A stretch of 64,000 nucleotides of DNA, taken from NCBI RefSeq assembly GCF_006345805.1, contig NC_043010.1, positions 36,146,001 through 36,210,000 on the forward strand. Direction: 5' to 3'. Both the position numbers and the translations under genes were made by a program. The DNA is from Octopus sinensis. Lineage: Eukaryota. This document shows, in pieces, positions 52,501 through 64,000 of this stretch (positions are counted from its first letter, which is position 1; each line of letters opens with the position of its first letter). The notes under the pieces are model-generated. The model saw only the letters and a program-made list of their open reading frames with translations, made no database searches and was not told where the DNA came from.

Positions 52501-53740
52501 GCATTCAAGAGCCAGGTAGGGGCGTTAAATTGAGCACCGGATTCTGCTTATCAATTTGCCGAGGGACGGGGTGAATACTGTGAAGTATTTTATCTGACTG
52601 CCTAACAGTTTTGCGAATTCGCACCCCCTACACACTTGTGTGTTTCTGTGTGAGTGTATATATATGTGTATACTACTCTTGAAGCCGCCTTTCGGGCGGC
52701 ATTTTCCTTCGGTCGTGCGGAGGGCATTTTTGAGGCCTTCGACCACGCTTTGCGGCCCTCTACTCTTGTGTAATGAACCTTATTTCTACAAATGTGCTAA
52801 GCACTGATGCTAATCATAGTTTAATCAACAAGCGTAGGAGCGAGCTAAATGCAGTAAAAATAGGGGTTCAATGGGTGCCCCCATCTAAGCGGCCCTTCAG
52901 AAATTGAATATGGGAGTTCATGGTATGAAATTCATTATCATTACTCTGATTTGGTCGCCAACGCCATGTATATAGTTCAAAATGCAGGAAAAATAGGTGG
53001 AGTCAGTAGGGCCCAAATTAGGTGGCCCTTAAAAAAATGGACCCCTTAGGACATTCCCTGGGATTAGGGGAGTTGCTGGTTTGAGTTTCGTTGTCCTTGC
53101 ACCAACGGTCTAGAAGAGCTAACGAACATAAAAACGTAACGGACAGAGAAGCATCACTCCAATTTATATTGAGAAGATATATATGTACATATATATCTGC
53201 ACATATATACATACATACATACATGTACATATACACACATATATATATACGCATATACACACACATATATATACACATATAAACATATATACATGTATAC
53301 ACACACACACACACACCACACACACACACACACACACATCATACACATATATCAAAAACAGAGACGACCATATTGGTAGATAGAACGCTATACTGGTAGA
53401 GATAGAACGCTGAGATCAATGAAATCAACTGTTTCATTTCAGAAATGTGAATGTTTGCGTAGTGTGGGAGTGACGGGCGGATCCAATTCTTTCGCATCTG
53501 TCTATCTGTCCGTCTGTCTGTCTCTCTACCTATTTGTCAGTCTATAAATAAATATATACAATGTGTGTGTGTGTGTGTGTGTGGATGGCTATACACAGAC
53601 GCGTGCATATACACATCTGTTTCTTCTCATTATAGCTTTCTCTTTGAAGATAAACATTTGTGCAGAAATTATAGATTTCTGTTGACTAGGCACACCTGGG
53701 GCCTTTGTGTGTGTGTGTGTGTGTGCGTGCGCGTGCGTGC

Positions 53741-53775
<35 letters not shown>

Positions 53776-53886
53776 TGTGAGAGAGAGAGAGAGATAATGG
53801 GCTTTGTGACATTATTTTTTCGTACACCCTAACCTCTTTTCGAGTGCGAATCAAAATCAAATCTGCACGGATGGTGGGGGGAAATA

Positions 53887-54044
53887 TAGGAGTGGCTGTG
53901 TTGTAAGTAGCTTGCTTACCAACCACACTGTTCCGGGTTCAGTCCCACTGCTTGACACCTTGGGCAAGTGTCTTTTACTATAGCCTCGAGCCGACCAAAG
54001 CCTTGTGAGTGGAGTTGGTAGACGGAAACTGAAAAAAGCCCGTC

Positions 54045-54094
<50 letters not shown>

Positions 54095-54285
54095 CTGTTT
54101 GTCCTTCCATCATCGCTTGACAACCGATGTTGGTGTGTTTACGTCCCCGTAACATAGCGGTTCGACAAAAGAGACCTATAAAATAAGTACTAGGCTTACA
54201 AAGAATAAGGCCTGGGGGGTCGATTTGTTCGATTGAAGGCGGTGCTCCAGCATGGCCGCAGTCAAATGACTGAGACGAATAAATG
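53887..54285 (+). mobile_element. Family B SINE, full length
   Basis: Head, CORE-like segment, (TA)n(TG)n and tail. Confidence 0.9.
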
Positions 54286-54499
54286 AATATATATTGAATC
54301 TGTTAATCGATAAATAATTTCAGAACAAGTTTGAATTTTACTTTTCAGTTTTAGGAGTGCGGTGGCACGGGGGTGAGGGGACAGGGGAATACACTCCTTA
54401 GCTTACCTTATTTTTATATATTGTCCTCCAAGACTTGTTCCCATTATGAAAATTTCCCAGTTTTGCTAGGAAGTTATATTTAATAAAATAAAGAAAGTA

Positions 54500-54904
54500 G
54501 GTGCAGGAGTGGCTGTGTGGTAAGTAGCTTGCTAACCAACCACATAGTTCCGGGTTCAGTCCCACTGCGTGGCATCTTGGGCAAGTGTCTTCTGCTATAG
54601 CCTCGGGCCGACCAATGCCTTGTGAGTGGATTTGGTAGACGGAAACTGAAAGAAGCCTGTCGTATATATGTATATATATGTATGCATGTGTGTGTATGTG
54701 TTTGTGTGTCTGTGTTTGTCTCCCTAGCATTGCTTGACAACCGATGCTGGTGTGTTTACGCCCCCATCACTTAGCGGTTCGGCAAAAGATACCGATAGAA
54801 TAAGTAGTGGGCTTACAAAGAATAAGTCCCGGGGTTGATTTGCTCGACTAAAGGTGGTGCTCCAGCATGGCCGCAGTCAAATGACTGAAACAAGTAAAAG
54901 AGTA
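54500..54904 (+). mobile_element. Family B SINE, full length, young
   Basis: Near-consensus throughout. Confidence 0.93.
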
Positions 54905-55019
54905 ATAATGACAGAAAAAAAAAACGAGAATAAATTCTAATAGAAATAAATTTATGTGTGTGTGTTATCGAAGTAGTCATGGTTAGATGAGGTGTACTGG
55001 TTTGTTCAAGCTTAACGAG

Positions 55020-56000
55020 AACGGTGGTGGTGGTAGTGATGATGATGATGTTGTTGTTGTCAGTAGCGGTGGGAGATATCTAGTAGTGCTAGAAAGCCTT
55101 CTCTGTTTATGCGTCTGACATTCAGAAAACATCTAGTAATAATGTGCTGATTATTATTATGATGGTGGTGGTGGTGGCGCGGATGCTGGTTGTGGTGGCG
55201 GTGTCGTCACTGCTGGCAGCGGTGAAGAGGTGATTGCAGACGTCTACTGCTGGGAGAGATGGTAGTAGTGGTAGTAGTAATGGAGATAGTGATTCTTACA
55301 GAGCTGGCAGAGGTGGTGGTGGTGGTGGTGGTGGAGATAGTATTGCTGTTGGTAGTAATTAGTACTGGCAATAGTGGTGATGGTGGTGATAGTCGTAGTG
55401 GTGCCTGTTTAATTTCAGGTTAGTCTCGATCAAGACATGATTAAAGGTATTCCAACCACGACCATCTCGTCTTGTTTTTGTTTTTACTCTTAGTGCATCT
55501 AAGGCTACACTATCCACGGTGTCGTTTCATGTTTAAGATCATGAGGTTGCATTTTGAGTAAGACTTGGCTGCTTTTTCTAGCAGGTCGAACGACCACCTA
55601 GAGAGGCTCCTCCGTTGTGCTGATATCGGCATTACTGTTGACATTTGTGGTACTATTGCTAACAGATAGTAGTGGTTTTGTACTATTGGTGACATGTGTA
55701 GTGTTACTAGTAGCGGTTGTGAAGGTACCGTTCATGGTAGCGGTGGTCATGTAGCGGTCCTATTGAAGGCGGTAGTGGGTGTAGTGATAGTTGTGGTACC
55801 ACACGATGGCAGTGGCAGTACTATTACTGCTGTTACGTGCCACTTTCTGGTTGTGGTGGCACTGCTGCTGGTTGTGTTTGTTGGTGGTGGTCATCGTTGT
55901 AGTGGTCGTAGTAATTAGCAGTATTGGCAGTGCTAGTACAACTGCGTTACCGTTGCTATTAGTGGTAATACTGGTACTAACGATATTACTAGTGTTGATA
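55020..56000. repeat. Cryptic (GGT/GTA/GAT/GCT)n trinucleotide low-complexity region with an embedded SINE-like fragment (~55410-55620)
   Basis: Degenerate triplets; explains the Gly/Val/Ser-rich ORFs. Confidence 0.8.
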
Positions 56001-56011
56001 CTATTACAGCT

Positions 56012-56252
56012 CAGTAGTTCTCAATCATGTTTTTTTTTGGCCTGTGGACTCCGATTCCTATTTTGCTCTACTGGACCCATCCCCCTAACAATTTGAAATC
56101 TAAAACAAAAAAACCCTATTCTTATAATTAAATAGTTTTAGAAATTGTAATAAAAGAAATTGTTAAAGACCGATTTCTTGCTCATAATTTTTAACAATAA
56201 AATCTTATATGGTCTCTTTAGGGCCGTGTGGAACCCCGGTTGAGAATCACTG
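56012..56252. mobile_element. hAT (Charlie-like) MITE
   Basis: TIRs CAGTAGTTCTCAATC / GGTTGAGAATCACTG; eroded 8-bp TSD TTACAGCT / CTAGAGCC. Confidence 0.6.
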
Positions 56253-56281
56253 CTAGAGCCGATAGTACTTGGCAGTATACT

Positions 56282-56570
56282 CTTTTACCCTTTTATTTGC
56301 TTGTCATTTGACTGCGGTTATGCTGGAGCACCACCTTTAGTTGAACAAATTGACCCCAGAACTTATTTTTTTGTAAGTCTGTTACTTATTCTGGCTGAGG
56401 TAAAGAATATGCACACCACCCATTTTTGGCCTAATCCTCACTCTAAACCCTAACCTTCAACATCGAGTGTGCATATTCTTTACCTTTGCCCTTATTCTAT
56501 CAGTTTCTTTTGCCGAACCGCTAAGTTACGGGGACGCAAACACACCAACATCAGTTGTCAAGCAATGGTG
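56282..56570 (-). mobile_element. Family B SINE tail interrupted by a MITE
   Basis: The tail sequence resumes after the MITE, with CTTATTCT duplicated. Confidence 0.82.
56393..56490. mobile_element. Palindromic MITE, copy 4, with a perfect 8-bp TSD
   Basis: CTTATTCT at 56385-56392 and 56491-56498; TIR GGCTGAGGTAAAGAATATGCACAC; loop CCTAATCCTCACTCTAAACCCTAACC. Confidence 0.9.
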
Positions 56571-57986
56571 GAGGGATGAAATTGTACTGTTTGTGGTGGT
56601 AGAACTGTTAGAACGTCAGACAAAATGCTTTGCAGTATCTCTTCCAACTCCTTTGTATTTTTGGTTCAAATCCTGCCATGGTTAATATTGCCTTTTTGTC
56701 TTTTTGGAATCAATAAAATGAAGTACCATTTATGTACTATGATCGATGGTGTTGGCTATCATGCTCCCCTCAAAATTTTTAGCTTTGTACCTAATTTAGA
56801 AACTTATTTGTCATCCTCCTCCTCGTTCAGTGGTTGTCCTTCAGTTTTGTTGATAGAGGTTTAAGAGAAGTGATGTGTAGTGGGGAGGTTGCCCAAGGTC
56901 TGCCCTGAGCCAACATGCATATTATCGAAGGCCTTGCAGCCATGACCTTGTCCTGTTGTGTATATGTTAGGTGTAATTTGAGGGAGAATTGGCTACTGTT
57001 TTTAAATAGACTGAGTGACACCAGATTCATTACTTTTATGGCTTCATTGCAGAAATTTTTGGTTGTGTAGTGTACTGTGGTGATATAGTTAGTATACTGT
57101 AATACCTGGAGTGCTTGTAGCATTTCTCCTTCACACCAACATTTTTAATAACCCATGCAGTCACAACTTTGCCTCTCACATCTTCATACAAAGCCCCTCT
57201 CTACCCACCTCTCTTTCCAAACACTTATCACATACATAAATACGTACAGACAACATATACACTGTGTGTGTATGTATGTGGATATATATATATGTGTATG
57301 TGTTTGTGTATATATATATATATATGTGTGTGTGTATGTATGTATGGAGACAAACTGTCACATAAAGACTGCTACCCATATATCTACAACAAGCTGAGTG
57401 TAATATGAGCAACATATGCTGTTTTCAATGAAGTATTGTGGCGTGAGACTGAGTCATAGTGTATGCAAGCTTGTGTCTGAGTACATTTTATACACACTGT
57501 CACTAAGTCTTCTTTATTCTGTGTTTTCTCACACACACAATACACAGTTGTACTGTGACATACATACGAAGACGTCACATTGACACGCACACAAACATGT
57601 GCGTTTATGGGCATATGTATATATATATATTGTATGTGTGTGTGTGTGTGTAAAGGTGTATGTATATATGGATGCATAAATACATGTGTGTATAATTGTA
57701 TGTGTATATGGATGCATGTTTATTCTTGTCTATATGTTTGTGTGTGTGTGTAGGCATGGATATAGCTAAGTGGTTAAAAAATTTGTTTTGCAACCTGTAG
57801 TTTCAGGTTCAGTCCTGCTGTGCAGCCTTTTGGGTATGTGCCTTCTAGTCTTGCCCTGAGCTAACCAATGGTTTGTGAATGTATTTTAGAAACTGAGTGG
57901 GAGCCCAGTGTGTATGTGTGTGTATATGAATGTATGTCTTTGTGTTCCTCTCACTGGTGACTGGTGTTGATTTTTACACTCACACA

Positions 57987-59202
57987 CAGGGTGTGTAAGA
58001 TATTTGAGGACAGATTTATGTTTATAAAAAAAACATATATAACAACAAATAACTTTATTTATCAAAAAATGCAATGAGGATAAAAATAAACCTTCTTTTC
58101 TATAAAGCCACCTTCAGCTTCAATAACTGTTTCTATACGAGATCTAAATCATCTACATGCTCGAATCAAGTGGTCCTGGTTTATTATGGACATTACTCTG
58201 ACTATGGCAGCTTTCATAGAATCTTTGGTGTTATGAGTGTGTTTATTGAGCCCTCTCTCAACAACGCTCCACATGTAATAGTTCAATGGATTGAGATCTG
58301 GGGAATTGGTAGGGCAAATGTTAGGGGTTGTGTGATTGTGAAAATTTTCAGCCATCCATTCCTGTGTTACTGGAGCCATGAGTGATAGTAGAGAATCTTA
58401 CTGAGACACATATGGCCTTCCATTGCATACACTGTCTATCCAGGGCTTAACAATTATTTCCAGGATCTCAGCGTAGGTGGCAGAGTTAACTCTAAAACCT
58501 TGTGGAATGTATGGAGGTATCGCATGTCCTTCATTGCTGACAACCCTTAAAACCATGACAGTTGCAGGAAATTTTGTATGCATAACACTTGGAATTTCAG
58601 AAGGGTCTGCGCATCTGTCATTTCTTCTGTTGACTTTTTGATCTTGATCGAAGTATTTCTTGTTTGATAAAATCCAAATCAAATCTTCTGCTGGATTTTT
58701 CAGTTTGTTTAAGAACCTTTTAGATCTGATGTGATTTTCTTTTACTTTTTCTGACAAATTGACCTTTCCTCATCATATAAGACCTATATCTGATGTCTTC
58801 GTGGACAACATTTCTGACTGTTCCTTCTGACACATGGAGATCTTTCACAGTTGACTTTCTGGGATTGTAATCAACTTTAACTTGCTGGATAAATTCAGGT
58901 ATTCTGATGATTTCAGAGTGTTTAGAATGCTTTTTGTTCTTTGATACTGATATACGTTTCCATCTTCAGTCTGAAACTCCTTACAAACTTTGTAGATGAA
59001 AGATCTGGTAACTTTTAAAAATCGAGATATTTCTAAATCGCTATGCTCAGTCTTTATAACCATAATAACAGCATGCCTCTTTATTTCTTGAGTAAGCTGA
59101 GGGTCTGCCATTATCATTTTCTGAAACAGCGATTATACAGAGTTAGCAAAAAATGCGGCAATGACCCAAAAAGGTACGTCCTCAAATACCTTACGCAAGC
59201 TG
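57987..59202 (-). mobile_element. Near full-length decayed maT (DD37D) Tc1/mariner element
   Basis: TIRs CAGGGTGTGTAAGATATTTGAGGAC (57987-58011) and GTCCTCAAATACCTTACGCAAGCTG (59178-59202). Confidence 0.88.
58098..59111 (-). pseudogene. DD37D transposase pseudogene
   Basis: HTH N-terminus (MADPQLTQEIKRHAV...), KFPATVMVL.VVSNEG, Q*DS...SPDLNPLNY with 37-residue spacing and the third Asp changed to Asn; stops and frameshifts present. Confidence 0.88.
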
Positions 59203-61209
59203 TGTGCGTGTGTGTGTGTATACACACGCGTGCGTGCGCACACACACACACACATACACATATACATGCACACATTTATACATATGTACATACATACATA
59301 CACACAGTGTGTGTGTGTTTGTATCATCATCATGATTAAATATACCAGATAAACCCACATCACGGCAAGAGACACAAAGAAGAGCAACTCTGTTCAACTC
59401 AGTACTTCACCAGAAACAACACAGAAAAGAAACCTTATCGCACTGAAAGGTAGTGCCCCAGCATGGCCTCGGCCTCTTGCTAATACCAGTAAAACATAAA
59501 ACTAAACGTGTGTGTATGTAATTGTTCATATGTGTGTATTGATGTCTGTCTCTGTCTTTGCAGTGACATTTGAAAAACTGTCTTCTGTGTGTATGTTTTT
59601 ATTTCAACAGTTTGACAGAGATCAATAGGTTAAGTATTAGCTTTAAAAAATGGGTATTGGTGTTTGTTGATGCAATCGACTGAAGCCTTCCAAGACAGTA
59701 CCGTAGGTTGGCAGCTGTCCAATGACTAAGTTAAAGAGTAATGACTTAAATTGATTAAGCATTATTGGTTATTGAATCTAGAGAAAGGCAGTGGTTTAGT
59801 ATACAGAACTAACATTTGTTGGGGATTCTTATGTTTGACTAATGAAGTTTGTTGCTGTCATCATTTTTGTGTCTGTGTGCTTTTTTTCTCTTTGCTATGC
59901 TGGAATGGGTTGGACAAGACTTTCTGAGGCAGTGTTTCATACCAGGATCTTCTTTCTGACATCATCTCTTCTAACCACTTTTTACCACCTGTAAGAATAT
60001 GTAAATGAAAATACCATAGTAACATGTGTCCTCATTGTCATTTTGATGTCCTCTTTAGTCAGCTCAGAGCTTTAGAAGAAGACAGACATTTGCCCAAAGT
60101 GCCACATAGTGGTACTGAACCTGAAGTCTTAAGCCATGTGGACAGCAAGCTTCTTCACCACAGAACTATCCGTGTGTGTGTGTTTTGCGAGTAAATGTTT
60201 CCTAACTCTGTTGTTATCTGTAATCCAGCAGATTTGTGATCAAAAACATTTCAACAATGATAATCCCAAGTTTTTTGAGGACTTCTTTTTTTGTATCAAA
60301 CATGGTTTGTCTCTGACTCACTATGTTATTGAAATGTGTCTTTTGTTGTTGCTTATTCCCTGGATCAGCTCTTCACTCAAATTTTATATAATCAAAGACA
60401 TCCCACTAACTTCATCCTGGTTTTTTACCCCTTCAGACTTACTGTATCCAAGGCAATAAGTATACAATGTGTATTCATTCATTTAAGTAAGATGTGTGAT
60501 TCTTTGAAAATTTGGCTGCTATTTCTTGCAGGTTGAATGACTATATAAGAGTGCTCTCTTCCGCTTCAGCTTATTTTGGATTTGTTAGATGACATTAGTT
60601 GATTTCTGACACTTGTCCTACAGGAAGTGGATTTAAACCCTTCAAATACCTATATTCTTAGGTTATTAAATGAATTTCATTACTTCCTTTTATTGATTTG
60701 TGTGGCAATATTTGAAATAAACTAATAATTCTTGTTCTCTGTCGTTATATTCTATTGGTTGTATGTTTGTCAATTTCTCTCTCTCTCATTCTTTTATTTT
60801 TGTACGTATTAGTTGTAATTTAGCCAAGGTCGTCTGATTAAGCAGACCTATGTATGAAGTCATTTCAGCTATTACCATTCTTTCTGTCTTGCTTCCTTTC
60901 CATTAATATATTATAGAAATAGCAAAAGCCTTTCAATATATGTATGGCTGTGTGTACTCTGTTACTCTGCCTATCTCTGTGTTCTGTTGCTCAAGAAAAA
61001 GTAATGAAAGAGAATATTGATGTGAATGTCTTACTCAGTTTCAGTTAACTTTTGCACACGTGCTATTCAAAAGGAAATTGAAGCAGGGTCATACTGTTTT
61101 TCAATAGTACTAAGACATATATGTATGGGTTAGTCTACATTACTCTGTAAGGAGCATAGGGCCTGTTTCCTGGTTTCTCTTGCTTATATATTCTTCCCTG
61201 GACAGAACG

Positions 61210-61287
61210 CAAAGCATTGCCTGATCCTGGAATCGAAACCACAATCTTACAATCATGAGTCCAACACCCTAACTGCTAAGTCATGTG

Positions 61288-61290
<3 letters not shown>
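61210..61290 (-). mobile_element. Isolated tRNA-like SINE head
   Basis: Minus strand CACATGACTTAGCAGTTAGGGTGTTGGACTCATGA...GGTTTCGATTCCAGG has A/B-box-like motifs but no intact cloverleaf. Confidence 0.55.
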
Positions 61291-61324
<34 letters not shown>

Positions 61325-61327
<3 letters not shown>

Positions 61328-61805
61328 TTGTTTCAGTAATTTGACTGCAGCCATGCTGGAGCACTGCCTTTAGTCAAATAAATCTCTCTACTGGACTTAT
61401 TTTTTTTGTTAACCTAGTACTTATTCTATTGGACTCTTCTGTCAAACTGCTATTTTATGGGGATGAAAACGCCCCATCATCGGTTATCAAGTGATGGTGG
61501 GGTGGTGGGAACATATACATATATATATGAGTGAGTAGACAAATGAAGGAAGGGCACTCAACACATTTATTGCAAGTTACACGCATAGATTAAAACAGTT
61601 TGATTTGGAATCCTTGGTACTCTGAGTTTCAAGTGTGTGGCTAGTCCTTGGGTATTGGGGTCTATATATACCAAATCCACTTACAAGGCTTTGGTTAGCC
61701 TGAGGCTATAGTAGAAATCATCTGCCCAAGGTGTCACACAGTGGGACTGAACCCGGAACTATGTGGTTGGGAAGCAAGTTCTTACCACACACTCATGCCT
61801 GTACC
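61325..61805 (-). mobile_element. Family B SINE pieces (tail 61325-61510, head about 61670-61805)
   Basis: Degenerate tail and head motifs. Confidence 0.72.
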
Positions 61806-62968
61806 TATATATATATGATATAGAAATGGCTGTGCAGTTAAGAAAAAGCTTGCTTCACAACCATTTAGTTCTGGCCTCTATTCTACTGCTTAACTTATTA
61901 CTCATGTTTGCTACTGTCGCGCCAGATTGACCTATAACCATGTGAGTGTTATTTGTTAGACAGAAACTGTGCCAAAGCTGGTTGTGTGTGTGCATGTGTT
62001 TACACTGGTCTAAAAAAGAAAAAGAAAAGAAAACAAGAATTCTTGTTAATGTCATGTCCCTTTATATCCTGTAATTTAGCAGTTCAGCAAGGAGATCAAT
62101 AAATACCAGACTGAAATAAGTTCTAGAGGTAATATAATTGACTAAAATATTTGAGGCAGCAATGCCCCAACATGGCCATAGTTGAGTGATTGAAACCAGT
62201 AAAAGAATACATACATATATGCACTGACAAACACACATTCTCCTTCTACTGTTTCGCCACCATACAAACTCCGTTTCTTCCTTCCATTCTCTCCTTGCCA
62301 TACTCAGGCGCACATCCCATCCAGGCATGTTGGTTGTGGAGACCAAATTAATGAAATATGTTTCCATCATTTGAAATTAGGCAATTAAATACACCACAGC
62401 TTTTCTGTTTGCAAGTCATAGTGTGTATATAAATATGTGTTTCATTTTTTTTTTTCTCCTGATCAAATCGGATTTGCTTAATTATATCCCACTGATACTG
62501 TTTGATGTTTTATACTGTGACATTTAATTATTGTGAGTTACAGTTTATTTTTGTGTGTATGTATGTTGTTCTTGTGTGTGCGACTAAATGCTAAATAACA
62601 CCAATGAGAATAGCAACAATTTCGTATATAAATGGCAACACAAGGCCCTTTGTATCTTCTGTAGGGGATGGATAGAAATGAGATGATGGAGAACATTCAT
62701 ACATCTCTTCAAGAACAAGAATACAAAAAATAATGAGTTTCTTTTTAACATGTAAGATGATTTTCGTTTCTTACTACAATAATGATTTATTTGGATTAAG
62801 CACAAGGTCAGTATATGTCTGGATGATATTATTGAAGTTGACTGAATTGGTATCAGTATTTTAGAAGTACATATTTGATCAGCTTCAGAGGAATGAATTG
62901 CCAAGTTAACCTCCATTTAGGTTTCAGATCAAAATCAGGAATCAGTCAGAATTTAGTGATGCCTTTAA

Positions 62969-63188
62969 CCCTTTCGATACTGTATTTATTTTGAGATGTT
63001 CTGTGTTTCTTTCAATTACTTTAAATATAACAAAGAATTTAGTAAAATAACTTAGTTATCATTAAGCTAGTGTTAGGAATATAAATTGTGACTAAGGTTT
63101 GGTGGAAGATTTTAATTCAAAATTTATGAAAACAAGGCATTTGTACTCAGAGCCAGAGCCGGTTTCAGCCAGGTTGGTAACAAAAGGA
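62969..63188. mobile_element. piggyBac-type MITE
   Basis: TTAA at 62965-62968 and 63189-63192; TIR CCCTTTCGATAC versus (rc) TCCTTTTGTTAC. Confidence 0.72.
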
Positions 63189-63233
63189 TTAAATTCAGTT
63201 TTCTACTGTATTGGCTATAATAACTATAATAAT

Positions 63234-63666
63234 TTCTGGGGCTATAAACGTCAGTAGCACTGTCTTGTATAGGATGCCACACTTGGTTGGCAATTATATG
63301 TTACGATTCAATACTGCTACTGCTTATATCTTGCTCAGAGATTTAATATAGCTTATTTCTACTTTTTCGAGATCAGTGACAGTTTGTCGCTGGAAAAAGC
63401 GTATAGTATTTTGGGAGTGGAATGAGTTTTCATCACTAGCTTGTGATTAACACACACTGAGGACAGGTAACCACCCAGAAACTTGAATCCGTGTGTACTG
63501 TGTGTATCACGTAAGGCTAGAAATGAGAGTGATGACCTCTCCTCGTAAATACTAATTGGACACAGAATGTGCGTCGTTAGCCAGCTGGAGGAGATGTCTT
63601 CCTGGGGTTATAAACATCAGTAGCACTGTCCTGTACAGGATGCCACACTTGGTTGGCAATTATATG
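63234..63666 (+). mobile_element. Terminally redundant 1.2-mer of a 366-nt unit with a 13-bp TSD; retrozyme/PLE-like, family 3
   Basis: 66-bp direct repeats 63236-63301 and 63602-63667; TAACTATAATAAT at 63221-63233 and 63667-63679; hammerhead remnant inside. Confidence 0.7.
63450..63496 (+). ncRNA. Degenerate minimal type I hammerhead motif
   Basis: ACACACA-CTGAGGA-CA-GGT[AACC]ACC-CA-GAAAC-TTGA-ATC^CGTGTGT; stem I 6/7 paired; several substitutions. Confidence 0.5.
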
Positions 63667-64000
63667 TAACTATAATAATGTATTAGATAAAAAGCAACAT
63701 ATTTTGCATAGAACAAAATAGTTGTAAGCCTTGATTAGTACTCATTTTACTGACATTGAAGGAGCACACAGCAGAGTTAGTTAACCTTGCTGAAGTTGAA
63801 CAGGTTATTTGTTTGGTATTTCGTCTGATACTCTTTCATTTCTACAATTTCATTGTTTTTTTTCTTCTTTTTTTTTCATAATAATAATAATAAGAGTACT
63901 CAGAAAGTGCAAACCTCCGCCAAGGTAACACCAATGTCCTTTCAATGATTAGCCATAGATGATTTTTAGAATGGGAATATCTGAAATAAACTTGGCTGCT

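Noticed and set aside
52684-52705. Rho-independent terminator (GC hairpin plus T run)
   Set aside because: Eukaryotic context with no upstream gene and only four T residues; retained only as a structural curiosity.
55694-56096. Hydrophobic Val/Leu-rich ORFs resembling membrane proteins
   Set aside because: They derive from degenerate GGT/GTA/GTT triplet repeats.

Overview
Repeat-dense animal nuclear DNA, most likely an Octopus-type cephalopod. This is inferred from the abundant tRNA-derived SINE families and the (TA)n/(TG)n/(TATG)n/(GA)n microsatellites. No protein-coding gene can be called with confidence; almost all listed ORFs are microsatellite or repeat artefacts. Supported content: two major tRNA-headed SINE families (several with clean TSDs), a probable solo LTR, two decayed DD37D (maT, Tc1/mariner) elements, an internally deleted pogo/Tigger element, piggyBac- and hAT-type MITEs, two Lep1-like non-autonomous Helitron-type copies, and four copies of a tiny palindromic MITE with 8-bp TSDs and telomere-like loops. 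The most striking structure is a 2.6-kb fold-back at 35228-37873. It consists of two near-identical arms of a ~543-bp head-to-tail repeat joined 5'-to-5' and flanked by (TA)n. Every complete unit carries a minimal type I hammerhead ribozyme motif, and the fold-back point lies 20 nt downstream of the predicted cleavage site. Two further, unrelated hammerhead-like repeat families occur at 15742-15911/48648-48784 and 63221-63679; the latter is a 1.2-mer of a 366-nt unit with a 13-bp TSD. Together these suggest retrozyme/Penelope-type elements, possibly passing through circular RNA intermediates. Ribozyme activity, circular RNA and the reality of the palindrome (versus an assembly artefact) are untested inferences. 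Ends of degenerate repeats are approximate.
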